64,000 nt of DNA, taken from positions 672,001 through 736,000 of the forward strand of contig CBDFKD010000002.1 of the NCBI GenBank assembly GCA_965248695.1, in the 5' to 3' direction. A program made the position numbers and the translations under genes. The notes under the pieces are model-generated. The model was given only the letters and a program-made list of their open reading frames with translations, did not search any database and was not told the DNA's origin. This DNA comes from Acidobacteriota bacterium (GTDB lineage: Bacteria; Acidobacteriota; UBA890; WLXD01). Positions 49,833 through 59,754 of the stretch are shown one piece after another; the first letter of the stretch is position 1; the number at the start of each line of letters is the position of its first letter.

Positions 49833-50771
49833 ATGCGGAACCTGCTGATCACTTTGTTGGTCGTTGCCGTGCTTGTCGTCATTGCGGTGACTCAGCGCCA
49901 CCGGATCCTTCTGTATGTCGCCGCCACCGGAGACGTCCCGGCGCTTTCCGAGCCGCTGGACGAGGGCCCCGACGTCAGCTGGCACGATGACTACTTCACG
50001 GTACAGGCGCTGGACGAGCGCACGTACGCGATCGGCGAGCCACGCTACTACCAGCAGAACTATAGCTATCTGATCATCGGCGCCAATCGTGCCGTGCTGT
50101 TTGACGCCGGGCCCGGCCTGCGCGACATCCGACCGGTCGCCCAATCCCTAACGGATCTCCCGATCACCTTCGTCCCGTCACATTTCCACTACGACCACGT
50201 CGGCAACGAGATCACGTTCGATCACGTGGCGGTAGTGGATCTTCCCTACTTGCGGGCCCGGGCGCCGGACAACCGACTACAGCTCAGGCCGCTGGAACAT
50301 CTTGGCGCCGGCGAGGGCTTCGAGGCGCCTACGCTGACGGTCGACGAGTGGCTCGCCCCCGATTCATTGATCTCGTTGGGCAGCAGAACTCTGCGCCTCC
50401 TGTACACACCGGGACATACCGAGGACTCGGTATCGCTGCTCGACATCGAGTCCGGGCAGCTCTTTTCCGGCGACTTTATCTATCCGGGGCCGCTGTACGC
50501 TTTCCTGCCGACCAGCAACATGGGCGACTACCTACAGGGCACGGAAACCGTGCTCCGCGCGGCGTCCGCTGACTCAGCCGTCTTCGGCGCCCATCGCGAC
50601 GCGCCACCTGGAGCGCCTGAGCTCGCGATAACCGATGTGCAAGACCTGCAGTCTGCGCTGCGAGCGATCCGCACCGGCGATCTCGCAGGTAGCGGAATCT
50701 ACCCTGTGATCTACCGGGTCAACGCTCGTCTGGAGCTGCTCGCGGAGCCACGCTGGCTACAGGATTGGTGA
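49833..50771 (+). CDS. MBL-fold metallo-hydrolase
   Basis: SHFHYDHVG, TPGHT and SGD motifs. Confidence 0.88.
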   Translation: MRNLLITLLVVAVLVVIAVTQRHRILLYVAATGDVPALSEPLDEGPDVSWHDDYFTVQALDERTYAIGEPRYYQQNYSYLIIGANRAVLFDAGPGLRDIRPVAQSLTDLPITFVPSHFHYDHVGNEITFDHVAVVDLPYLRARAPDNRLQLRPLEHLGAGEGFEAPTLTVDEWLAPDSLISLGSRTLRLLYTPGHTEDSVSLLDIESGQLFSGDFIYPGPLYAFLPTSNMGDYLQGTETVLRAASADSAVFGAHRDAPPGAPELAITDVQDLQSALRAIRTGDLAGSGIYPVIYRVNARLELLAEPRWLQDW

Positions 50772-50783
50772 CCCGCTACGCGC

Positions 50784-51329
50784 TCACTTGCTGATCTGGA
50801 GATCCCAGCCATCCGGATCCAGCACGTGGTAGCTATCGTAGTCAGGGTCGCCACCCTGATCCCGCCGCGGATTCAGTCCACGTCGCTCGAGTTCTTCGCT
50901 CACAGCGCTGGTATCGAAGTCTTCGATCCGCCAGGCGATATGGTCAATGACACCGGTCAGCGGTGGTCCTCCGGGCTCACGGGGAGGCTGGCTCATCGGC
51001 CGACGGCTGTTGCGAACAATCATCTCGCCGCCGCCGCCAATACGCAGCGTAGCCTGATTCTCGCCGCTATCGCTGATCACTTCCCAGCCCATCAAATCGG
51101 CATAGAAATCGCGGCTTCTCCCATAGTCGGCGACCGCGTAGGAGATGTGGTCCAAGCTGGCCGTACGAAACGTGGCGGCACGAGGCGCTGGGGTCGCCGC
51201 ATGGACCGATGCGACTGGGAGGAGGGCCTGCGCCCCGGTTGCAGCAATCGCCAAACTGCGGATGAGCTGGCGTCGGTTCAACTTTCCCTGCTCGAAGGCA
51301 TCCAGCAGCTGAGAAATGGTGGTCTCCAT
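50784..51329 (-). CDS. VOC/glyoxalase family protein with Tat-like leader
   Basis: NRRQLI, LDHISY, IDHIAW and DPDGWDLQ motifs. Confidence 0.85.
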   Translation of the reverse strand: METTISQLLDAFEQGKLNRRQLIRSLAIAATGAQALLPVASVHAATPAPRAATFRTASLDHISYAVADYGRSRDFYADLMGWEVISDSGENQATLRIGGGGEMIVRNSRRPMSQPPREPGGPPLTGVIDHIAWRIEDFDTSAVSEELERRGLNPRRDQGGDPDYDSYHVLDPDGWDLQISK

Positions 51330-51428
51330 TTGAGTCTCCTTTCTCCTTGGCGCAGGCGAACGTCGGCCCGGTGACGCTACCCTACAGCCCGAACCGAAGA
51401 CACCTAGCCAGGGACGGACAAGCGAACG

Positions 51429-51822
51429 GTGAATACGATCGGCCTCCTGCACACTGGAATCGGCGTTGCCGCCGTGGTTCTCGGCGCCGCGGTCGTCTTC
51501 GGGAAGAAGGGAACACGTCGGCACAGCTGGCTAGGGCGCTGCTATCTGATCGCGATGCTGCTACTCAACGCGACCGCGTTGTTGATCTACGACCTCTTCG
51601 GTCGCTTCGGGCCCTTCCATGTTGCTGCGATCGTGAGCCTGGCGACCGTCCTGGCTGGATGGTGGCCTACCCTGAGTCGTCGGCCCGGCTGGGTGACGCG
51701 TCACGCCTACTTTGTCAGCTGGTCGTTTTGTGGGCTCCTGGCTGCGACTCTGGCCGAGATCACCTCGCGAGTGCCGGGTTGGGACTTTTCTAGGTCGGTA
51801 GCGTGGTCATCGGCGTTGCTTA
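51429..51822 (+). pseudogene. DUF2306-like membrane protein truncated by IS
   Basis: KKGTRRHSWLGR and FGPFH motifs. The ORF runs into the IS left end. Confidence 0.7.
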
Positions 51823-53082
51823 TGACCTGACCCCCGAAAACGGATCCGGATGTAATCTCACGATCTGGGTCAAGAACGGGAGGTCAGAATGCCGAGTAAG
51901 AGGCACAGCGCCGAGCAGATCGTACGCAAGCTCCGGGAGGCTGAGGTGGAGCTGGCTCGAGGGGCGACGGTCAAGGATGCCTGCCGCAAGCTAGCAATCA
52001 CCGAGCACACCTACTACCGGTGGCGGCGAGAGTACGGCGGACTGAAGCTCAACCAGGCCAGAAAGCTCAAGCAACTGGAGAAGGAGAATGCCCGGCTCAA
52101 GAGGCTGGTGGCGGAAAAGGAACTCGACCTGTCGATCCTGAAGGAAGTGGCGGAGGGAAACTTCTGAGCCCAGCTCGGCGGCGAGAGGCGGTGGCACATG
52201 TACGGGGGCGGCTGGGCGTCTCGGAGAGGCGGGCGTGTCGGGTACTGAAACAACCACGCACGACACACCGGTACGTGCCAAGAGAGCCGCAACAGGAGCA
52301 GATTTTGACGGAGCGGATCGTGGATTTAGCCCGACAGTACGGGCGCTACGGATATCGGAGGGTGACAGCGTTGCTGCGCATGGAGGGCTGGTCCGTGAAC
52401 CACAAACGAGTGCAGCGTATCTGGCGGCGCGAAGGGCTGAAAGTACCGAGAAAACAGCCCAAACGAGCACGGCTGTGGCTGAGCGATGGCTCCTGCATCC
52501 GGCTGCGCCCACAGCACCGGGATCATGTCTGGGCGTATGACTTCCTGCACCACCGGACGCACGACGGTCGGGCTATGAGGCTGCTGACGATCGTCGATGA
52601 GTACACACGAGAAAGCCTGGCGATCCATGTAGCACGGAAGCTCAACTCTGAGGACGTGCTGGAGCAGCTCGGGAGGTTGTTCGTACACCGGGGCATACCT
52701 GAGCACATCCGGTCGGATAACGGACCAGAGTTCACCGCCGAGGCGGTTCGCGACTGGCTGGGCCGGTTGGGCGTGGGGACGCTGTTCATCGAGCCGGGCT
52801 CGCCGTGGGAGAACGGTTACGTGGAGAGCTTCAACGGCAAGCTACGCGACGAGCTGCTGGATGGAGAGATCTTCTACACGCTCAAGGAGGCAAAGGTTCT
52901 GATCGAGAGATGGCGTCAGCACTACAACCGCATGCGACCGCACAGCTCGCTGAGCTATCGGCCGCCCGCACCCGAAGCGACGTTGTTGAAGCCGGCTGCG
53001 CTCCGCTTCGCCGGCCTCAACAACCTCTTGTCAGCACCGAGTTACTGAGATAAGACATGGTACTAACCGCGGGGTCAGGTCA
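51823..53082 (+). mobile_element. IS3-family insertion sequence, copy 2 (1260 bp, apparently identical to copy 1)
   Basis: Same TIRs and identical ORF translations in all frames listed. Confidence 0.95.
51889..53048 (+). CDS. IS3 transposase OrfAB (-1 frameshift)
   Basis: Same motifs as copy 1. Confidence 0.93.
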
Positions 53083-53354
53083 GCCTACTCGACGTGCTCG
53101 GCACCGTGGAGGAAGGCAAGCTCGCCGACCTGGTGGTGCTGGCCGACAACCCGCTGGAGAACATCTCCAACATCCGCACCATACAGATGGTGTTCAAGGA
53201 CGGCATCTCGGTAGAGATGGAACCGCCCGCCGGCACCCTACGCTTCTACGACTACTTCGATTCGACTGGGCTGCTGCAGGGGTTCCTGGGGAAGTCGGAA
53301 AACGCCGAGGGCGTCACGAGGTCAGGCAACCCGTATCCCGCCCAGCAGCGGTAG
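53083..53354 (+). pseudogene. Amidohydrolase C-terminal fragment
   Basis: LGTVEEGKLADLVVLADNPL...VFKDG starts immediately after the IS. Confidence 0.8.
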
Positions 53355-53446
53355 GCGCGCTCCTCTCGGCTCCGTTGATTCAGCGCATCAGGCCCGGTAG
53401 CCTCTCGCCGGACTCTGGCAATCGCCTCGAAACATGTGAGGAGAGC

Positions 53447-54787
53447 GTGCGATTTTCCCGAAAGTGGCTTCCTGTCGAGGGATTGGTCGGCTGCCTGGCG
53501 CTCGGCATCGCCGGCGGGCTTCTGTTCCAGGCGAATCGCGCTGCCAGCCAGCGCGATATCTACGTGTCGGACCTGCGGACTGACTCGGTGTACGTTTTCG
53601 ACGCCAACTTCGGCGCGAAGGTAAAGGTCGCCAAGAAGCCGGTGGCGATCATCGCCGGCTTCGACAATCCCTGGGGAGTTGCCGTAGACCCGGTTGGCGG
53701 CGCGTTTGCGATGGTGGCCAATCGCGGAGGAGACAGCGTGAGCCGCATCGATACGGCGACGCAGACGATTGCCGCCGTGATTCCGGTCGGCAAGCAGCCG
53801 CAAGGCATAGACATCACGCCGGACGGCCTTTTCGCGCTGGTTGCCAACACGGGATCCAAGAGCGTTTCCGTAATCGAGACGGCCACCAACAGCGTCATCA
53901 GAACTGTGAAGGTGAAGAAGGATCCGCGCAGCGTCGCCATCGACCAGGCGGGGGCGTTCGCTCTCGTCAACAGCCTCGGGTCCAAGACGATTTCGATCGT
54001 CGACCTTGCGGTAGCCACGAAATCCGCCCGCGTATCGACGCGGCGCTCTCCCAAGGGGGTCCGCCACCTGAAGAAGCGTCAAGGAGTCTGCAAGACACCT
54101 TCAGGTGGTCTTGACGCGCGATTCGAGGAGCAGGGCGGGTTCTACCTGGCGTTCTGGACCTGCAAGCCGAACCCGGCTTCCCGTCGGCTCCGGTCAGGTA
54201 TCGGCGACCTGTTCCAGGGGGTGGCATTCGATGCCGGGGATATCCTGGCGCTGTTCGCTGGATCCGAAATCACCACCGAAGATGAAATCAACGTAGAGGA
54301 CGCCAAGAAGGACCCGGAAGAGCTGGACGCCGAAGATGACGAGCTGACACGCGAACAGAATTCCCCCGGGGAGGAACACGAAGAGGAATACGAGGAAGAG
54401 CAGGATTCGAGGGAGCGCCTTCTTAGAAGCCTCCAGTTCGCACCCAACTACATCAGTTCCTCCCGGTCTGCCCGGGCGCTGAGCCACCAGTACATGTTGG
54501 TCGGTACGGGTGGTCCGACGTCTGCTGATCGGTCCATTCTGATCTCTGATTTCAGCAACACCGTGCGCATTGGCGATGGCGCCCCCTGGAACCAGTGGAC
54601 GGGCGGCGAGAACAACGGTCTCATCGTCATGCCCGACGACTGTGCGTTCCCGTGCAACATGGCGAAGTTCGCCTCCTCTTCCGCGAGGGTGGTGGTCGAC
54701 GGAGACCATGCGTTCAAGGATGCAGGGCTGGTGCCGTTCACCGCAGGCCGCAGATTCAAACAGCCTCTGATCGTCGTCGAGGAGTAG
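53447..54787 (+). CDS. Secreted YVTN-type beta-propeller protein with Glu-rich insert
   Basis: Repeats VANRGGDSVSRIDT and VANTGSKSVSVIET, a signal-like N-terminus and an acidic tract at 54266-54415. Confidence 0.75.
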   Translation: MRFSRKWLPVEGLVGCLALGIAGGLLFQANRAASQRDIYVSDLRTDSVYVFDANFGAKVKVAKKPVAIIAGFDNPWGVAVDPVGGAFAMVANRGGDSVSRIDTATQTIAAVIPVGKQPQGIDITPDGLFALVANTGSKSVSVIETATNSVIRTVKVKKDPRSVAIDQAGAFALVNSLGSKTISIVDLAVATKSARVSTRRSPKGVRHLKKRQGVCKTPSGGLDARFEEQGGFYLAFWTCKPNPASRRLRSGIGDLFQGVAFDAGDILALFAGSEITTEDEINVEDAKKDPEELDAEDDELTREQNSPGEEHEEEYEEEQDSRERLLRSLQFAPNYISSSRSARALSHQYMLVGTGGPTSADRSILISDFSNTVRIGDGAPWNQWTGGENNGLIVMPDDCAFPCNMAKFASSSARVVVDGDHAFKDAGLVPFTAGRRFKQPLIVVEE

Positions 54788-54820
54788 GAGCTCCCCCTTG
54801 CACCAGGAGGGGTTCACCCA

Positions 54821-55288
54821 TTGATCAGGGCGGGTGCCGGCGTAGCGCGATGGTCGATCAACGTCTTCGTCGGTGGCTTTCTGGCGTTGCAGCTCCTGCT
54901 GCCCTTGCCAGCGTTGCTGCGCGACCAGACCGAGACACGGGGCATCCTCTCCTGGAACATGTACGCGGAGCGCTACCGCTGTACCGCACGTTATAGCGCC
55001 GTCACTTCAGACGGCACTCGGATCCCGCTGACGGTGAGTCGGTACTTCAACAACCCCGACCGAGCGGGGCTTGTCCGACACCGCGATGTACTGCCTAGAT
55101 TCCACGCTTGGTTGTGTGAAGACGCCGGGGCTGGCGAGGCGCCAATTGCTCTTCAAGGCTCCGTCGCCTGCTCGGCGAACGGTGGGCCAGAAGTCCAGCT
55201 AGTGCGCCAAGAGGTCGATCTCTGCACAGCGCCGGAGTTTGGCGTAGAGGCCGTTCCTCGACCCCTTGTGTCGGGCAGCTCACGGTGA
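54821..55288 (+). CDS. Membrane-anchored protein resembling the C-terminal part of HTTM/gamma-carboxylase proteins
   Basis: FLALQLLLPL...RGILSWNMY and SANG...LV...VDL. GTGA overlap with the HTTM gene. Confidence 0.55.
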   Translation: MIRAGAGVARWSINVFVGGFLALQLLLPLPALLRDQTETRGILSWNMYAERYRCTARYSAVTSDGTRIPLTVSRYFNNPDRAGLVRHRDVLPRFHAWLCEDAGAGEAPIALQGSVACSANGGPEVQLVRQEVDLCTAPEFGVEAVPRPLVSGSSR

Positions 55289-56244
55289 CGCGGGAGCGCT
55301 TGTCCAGGTCAGGAAGTCGCCTTACACGGAGCTGGAATCGGTTCTGGTTCGCCGAGGGCAGCGTCGTGACGCTCGGCGTGTTTCGAATCCTGTTCGCCTA
55401 TTGCCTCTGGGACGAGGTGGCGACGACCCACGCCCGGAGCACCGGTGCGATCGAAGGGGGATTTCACCTTCCATACTTCGAGTGGATACCGCTGATGACG
55501 GTTCCCACCTACGACCTGGTGCATCTGTTGCAGTATCCCCTGATCCTGACTCTGGGGATCGGATTGCTCAGCCGCACCTCGTGTGGGGCGCTGTTGGTGC
55601 TTCAGGGCTGGGTCTTCTTCGCCGATCAGCTCAACTATCGGAACCACCCATCCTTCTTCTTGCTGGTGTTGTTGTGCCTGCTCCTGGCACCTGCCGCCGA
55701 CGCCTTGTCGGTGCACTCCCTGGTACGGCGCTGGCGCGATCACAGCGCGGCCGGGCTCTGGGGCAGGGTTCAACCGCTCACGTTCCAGCGGTTGATTCAG
55801 GTGCAACTCTCCCTTGTCTATCTGTGGGCGGCACTCCACAAGTTGAACCGAGCCTTCCTCGACGGCAGTGTGTTGGCCCACCACCTCGGAGAGGATCTCT
55901 TCGAAGGCGGTTCCGGGAGGTTCTTGGGATCGACATTGACCCCACAGGCTATCGAGGGGTGGCGAGCCTTCATGCAGGAGCCCTCGAACCTGATTCTCGC
56001 GGCATGGATCACGGTGGCGCTGGAGTTGTTCCTGGCGGGCGCCCTGTGGTTCCCGGCGACGCGGCCCGTTGGCATCGGGCTGGGAACGATGTTTCATCTG
56101 GCGATTGCGTGGGGGATGGGCATCCGGGTATTCTCCCTTGCCGCAATCGCCTGCTACCTGCTGTTCCTCGATCCAGATACTCTGCCAGCGACAGGTCGGC
56201 GCGTTCGCGCCTTCCTTCGACCGGTCGTGACTGTTGGCCGATGA
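55285..56244 (+). CDS. HTTM-domain (vitamin K-dependent gamma-carboxylase-like) membrane protein
   Basis: LGVFRILF, YRNH, VYLWAALHKLN and FHL...MGI.VFS motifs. Confidence 0.8.
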   Translation: MTRERLSRSGSRLTRSWNRFWFAEGSVVTLGVFRILFAYCLWDEVATTHARSTGAIEGGFHLPYFEWIPLMTVPTYDLVHLLQYPLILTLGIGLLSRTSCGALLVLQGWVFFADQLNYRNHPSFFLLVLLCLLLAPAADALSVHSLVRRWRDHSAAGLWGRVQPLTFQRLIQVQLSLVYLWAALHKLNRAFLDGSVLAHHLGEDLFEGGSGRFLGSTLTPQAIEGWRAFMQEPSNLILAAWITVALELFLAGALWFPATRPVGIGLGTMFHLAIAWGMGIRVFSLAAIACYLLFLDPDTLPATGRRVRAFLRPVVTVGR

Positions 56245-56276
56245 GCACCTTCCAGAGGGGGAGTCGAAAGCGCCCC

Positions 56277-58127
56277 ATGACTGAGCCGCGAGTCGTTGCC
56301 TCGAAGCAAGAGGACTCGGTGGTGATCCGGTTCGCCGGTGACTCCGGCGACGGAATGCAGCTCACCGGGACCCAGTTCACCACGACCTCCGCTCTGGTGG
56401 GCAACGACTTCGCCACATTCCCCGACTTCCCGGCCGAGATCCGCGCTCCGGCGGACACCATGCCCGGGGTGAGCGCCTACCAGCTGCACTTCTCTTCCAA
56501 CGACGTCTACACCGCCGGCGACGCCCCGGACGTTCTCGTGGCGATGAACGCGGCAGCGCTGAAGGTAAGCCTGCCCATGCTCCCGGCGGGCCGCACGATC
56601 ATCGCCAACACCGACGGGTTCGGAGACGCCAGCCTGTCGAAGGCGGGCTACGCGCAAAACCCGCTGGAGGACGGAACGATCGACGGCTACAACGTCATCC
56701 CCGTGCCACTCACCAGCCTCACCATCAAGGTGTTGGAGGACTCGCCGCTCTCGGTTCGCGAGCGGCGGCGCTGCAAGAATTTCTACGCCCTCGGGATCAT
56801 GTACTGGCTCTACTCGCGCCCGATGGAGACCACGGAAGAGTGGATCCAGAAGCGCTTCAAATCGAAGCCCGACATCGTCGACGCCAACCTCACCGCCCTG
56901 CATGCCGGCTACGCGTACGCCCAGGCCAGCGAGTTGTTCCAGGTTCGATACGAGGTTCCTCCGACCCCGGTGGATCCCGGGCTGTACCGGAACATATCCG
57001 GCAACAAGGCCCTGGCGCTCGGGCTCTACTCGGCATCGGAGCGCGCGGGGTTGCAGCTGTTCTTCGGTTCCTACCCCATCACACCGGCTTCGGACATCTT
57101 GTCGGAGCTGGCGCGGCTCAAATCACAGGGGGTGGTCACCTTTCAGGCCGAGGACGAGATTGCCGCCGTCTGCTCCGCGATTGGCGCCTCCTTCGGCGGC
57201 TCGATCGGCGTAACCGCGACGAGTGGTCCCGGCCTTGCCCTCAAGGGCGAGGCCATCGGTCTGGCGGTGACCACGGAGCTTCCGCTCGTGATTATCAACG
57301 TCCAGCGCGGCGGTCCCAGCACCGGTCTCCCCACCAAGACTGAGCAGTCGGACCTCTTGCAGGCGATGTGGGGGAGGAACGGAGAGTGCCCGCTGGCCGT
57401 GATCGCGGCATCCACTCCGGGAGATTGCTTTGCCACCGCCATGGAGGCGGTTCGTATTGCGCTCGAGTACATGACGCCGGTGCTCCTGCTTTCGGATGGC
57501 TATATCGCCAACGGCGCCGAACCTTGGCTCGTTCCGAGCGCCAGCGATCTGCCCGACATCTCCGTCCAGTTCCGAACCGACCCCGAGGGCTTCCAACCAT
57601 TCGCGAGGGATCCGGAGACCCTGGCGCGACCCTGGGTAAGACCGGGCACCCCGGGGTTGGAACACCGGATTGGCGGTCTGGAGCACCAAGACGTTTCGGG
57701 GAACGTCTCCTACGACCCCGCGAACCACGAGAACATGACCGTTCTTCGCGAGGAGAAGATCGCTCGGATAGCCAAGGACATCCCCCCGGCAAAGCCCTTC
57801 GGCGATGACAGCGGCGATCTCCTGCTGGTCGGCTGGGGCGGAACCTATGGATCGCTTCATGCCGCCACGCTTGCCGCGCGGGCCGACGGTCTCAGCGTCT
57901 CGCACGTCCACCTCCGCCATATCAACCCCTTCCCATCAAACCTCGACGAGGTGCTGGCGTCGTTCGATCGAGTACTGGTAGCGGAGCTGAACCGGGGCCA
58001 GCTTGATGTGCTGCTACGCGCCCGCTTCCTGGTAGATACCCTGAACCTCAACAAGGTTCGTGGCCAGCCCTTCTCGGTAGGGGAGATCTTGGACGCCATA
58101 GAGACAGCTCTGGAAGGTAGCGAATGA
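56277..58127 (+). CDS. korA: 2-oxoacid:acceptor oxidoreductase alpha subunit
   Basis: FAGDSGDGMQLTG, YPITPASD and QRGGPSTGLPTK motifs. Confidence 0.93.
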   Translation: MTEPRVVASKQEDSVVIRFAGDSGDGMQLTGTQFTTTSALVGNDFATFPDFPAEIRAPADTMPGVSAYQLHFSSNDVYTAGDAPDVLVAMNAAALKVSLPMLPAGRTIIANTDGFGDASLSKAGYAQNPLEDGTIDGYNVIPVPLTSLTIKVLEDSPLSVRERRRCKNFYALGIMYWLYSRPMETTEEWIQKRFKSKPDIVDANLTALHAGYAYAQASELFQVRYEVPPTPVDPGLYRNISGNKALALGLYSASERAGLQLFFGSYPITPASDILSELARLKSQGVVTFQAEDEIAAVCSAIGASFGGSIGVTATSGPGLALKGEAIGLAVTTELPLVIINVQRGGPSTGLPTKTEQSDLLQAMWGRNGECPLAVIAASTPGDCFATAMEAVRIALEYMTPVLLLSDGYIANGAEPWLVPSASDLPDISVQFRTDPEGFQPFARDPETLARPWVRPGTPGLEHRIGGLEHQDVSGNVSYDPANHENMTVLREEKIARIAKDIPPAKPFGDDSGDLLLVGWGGTYGSLHAATLAARADGLSVSHVHLRHINPFPSNLDEVLASFDRVLVAELNRGQLDVLLRARFLVDTLNLNKVRGQPFSVGEILDAIETALEGSE

Positions 58128-59188
58128 GCCCGACATCGACGGCACAGATGCCCGCTCCGGCCTACTCGAAGAAGGACTTCGCCTCCGACCAAACGGTCCG
58201 CTGGTGCCCGGGCTGCGGTGACTACGCCATCCTCAGCTCGGTCCAGAGGGTCTTCGCGAAGCTGGGGATCCCGCGCGAAAAGTTCGTCATCGTGTCGGGA
58301 ATCGGCTGCTCCAGTCGCTTTCCCTACTACATGAACACCTACGGCTTCCACACCATCCATGGCCGCGCCCCCGCCATCGCCACCGGCCTCAAGGTGGCAC
58401 GCCCGGATCTGTCGGTCTGGGTAGTCACCGGCGACGGGGATGCGCTTTCCATTGGCGGCAACCACATCCTGCATTCGATGCGGCGCAACGTGGATATCAA
58501 GGTGCTGCTCTTCAACAACAGGATTTATGGGCTCACCAAAGGGCAGTACTCGCCGACGTCCGAGGTGGGGAAGAAGACGAAGACGTCGCCCTACGGATCC
58601 GTGGACCGACCCATTCAACCGATCTCCATCGCGCTGGCGGCGGAGGCGACCTTCGTTGCCAGGAGCGCCGATGTATACGGCCAGCACCTCGCGACGGTGC
58701 TGGGCCGAGCCGCCGCGCACCGCGGCTCCGCCTTCGTGGAGATCCTGCAGAATTGCAATATCTTCAACGACGGCGCCTTTGCTGGCATCACCGACCGGCA
58801 GACGCGCGAGGACGAGAAGGTGGATCTGGTGCACGGAGAGCCGATGGTCTTCGGGAAGGACCGAGATCGCGGGATCCGTCTGCACGGGCTCACGCCCAAG
58901 GTAGTGAAGGTCGGCGCCGACGGGGTGCCTGAAGAGGATCTCCTGCACCACGACGAGGCCACCACGAACCCCGGTCTCGCCTATCTCCTCAGCCAGCTCG
59001 AGCCGCCCGAATTTCCGACGCCGATGGGCGTGTTCCGGGCGTTGGACGAAGAAACCTACGACGACGCCATCCATAGCCAGATCAGTGACGCCCGCGCGGC
59101 GGCGCCCGAGACCGATCTCGACGCCCTGCTGCAGGAGGGCGATACCTGGCGAATCAACGACGCGGAGACGGGAGAAGAGACAGTCTGA
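58124..59188 (+). CDS. korB: 2-oxoacid:ferredoxin oxidoreductase beta subunit
   Basis: WCPGCGD, SGIGCSSR and the TPP motif GDGD...NN. Confidence 0.93.
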   Translation: MSPTSTAQMPAPAYSKKDFASDQTVRWCPGCGDYAILSSVQRVFAKLGIPREKFVIVSGIGCSSRFPYYMNTYGFHTIHGRAPAIATGLKVARPDLSVWVVTGDGDALSIGGNHILHSMRRNVDIKVLLFNNRIYGLTKGQYSPTSEVGKKTKTSPYGSVDRPIQPISIALAAEATFVARSADVYGQHLATVLGRAAAHRGSAFVEILQNCNIFNDGAFAGITDRQTREDEKVDLVHGEPMVFGKDRDRGIRLHGLTPKVVKVGADGVPEEDLLHHDEATTNPGLAYLLSQLEPPEFPTPMGVFRALDEETYDDAIHSQISDARAAAPETDLDALLQEGDTWRINDAETGEETV

Positions 59189-59208
59189 CGCGGAAAGGAG
59201 CGGACGCC

Positions 59209-59745
59209 ATGAGCAGCGGCTACGAAGATGACCTGGACATGTACGAGGAGGCCCGAGGCCCCCGCAGGAAGCAGCTCGACAACCGGGTTCTGCTGCGCCC
59301 TATCCGTGATCTCAACTACCCGAAGCGCCCCGCCGCCGTGACTCCCGAGACCACGGTCGAGGAGGCGCTGGACGTGATGGTTGCCAAGAAGATCGGTGGC
59401 CTGTTGGTGGTGGACGACGGCAAGGTCGTCGGCATCTTCGCCGAGCGGGATGCGCTCATGAAGCGGCTCTACGACACCAAGGGACTCGATCGGCCGGTGC
59501 GGGAGTTCATGACCCCCGACCCGGACTGCCTGACCATTCACGATGGAATCGCCGTCGCCTTGAACCGAATGGTCGAGGGCGGCTACCGGCATATTCCGCT
59601 GGTGAACGCTGAACACCAGCCGGTAGGAATCCTGGTGATGCGAGATGTCGTGCGCTACGTGGTGTCGTTCTTCCCCGGCGAGGTCCTCAACCAGCCGCCC
59701 CACAGCGAGCACGCACCACCGGATTTTTCCATCGACGGCGGATAG
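59209..59745 (+). CDS. CBS domain pair protein
   Basis: GIFAERD, MTPDP and YRHIP motifs. Confidence 0.88.
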   Translation: MSSGYEDDLDMYEEARGPRRKQLDNRVLLRPIRDLNYPKRPAAVTPETTVEEALDVMVAKKIGGLLVVDDGKVVGIFAERDALMKRLYDTKGLDRPVREFMTPDPDCLTIHDGIAVALNRMVEGGYRHIPLVNAEHQPVGILVMRDVVRYVVSFFPGEVLNQPPHSEHAPPDFSIDGG

Positions 59746-59754
59746 GACGCCCGC

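Noticed and set aside
29106-53082. Composite transposon carrying dnaE2
   Set aside because: The outer flanks (CCGT/GCCT) are not duplicated and the outer truncated genes are unrelated to each other.
53057-53446. N-terminal extension of the propeller ORF
   Set aside because: It starts inside the IS and overlaps the amidohydrolase fragment in another frame.
55266-56276. 953-aa KorA with a long N-terminal extension
   Set aside because: The extension is an off-frame shadow of the HTTM gene. KorA homology starts at ATG 56277.
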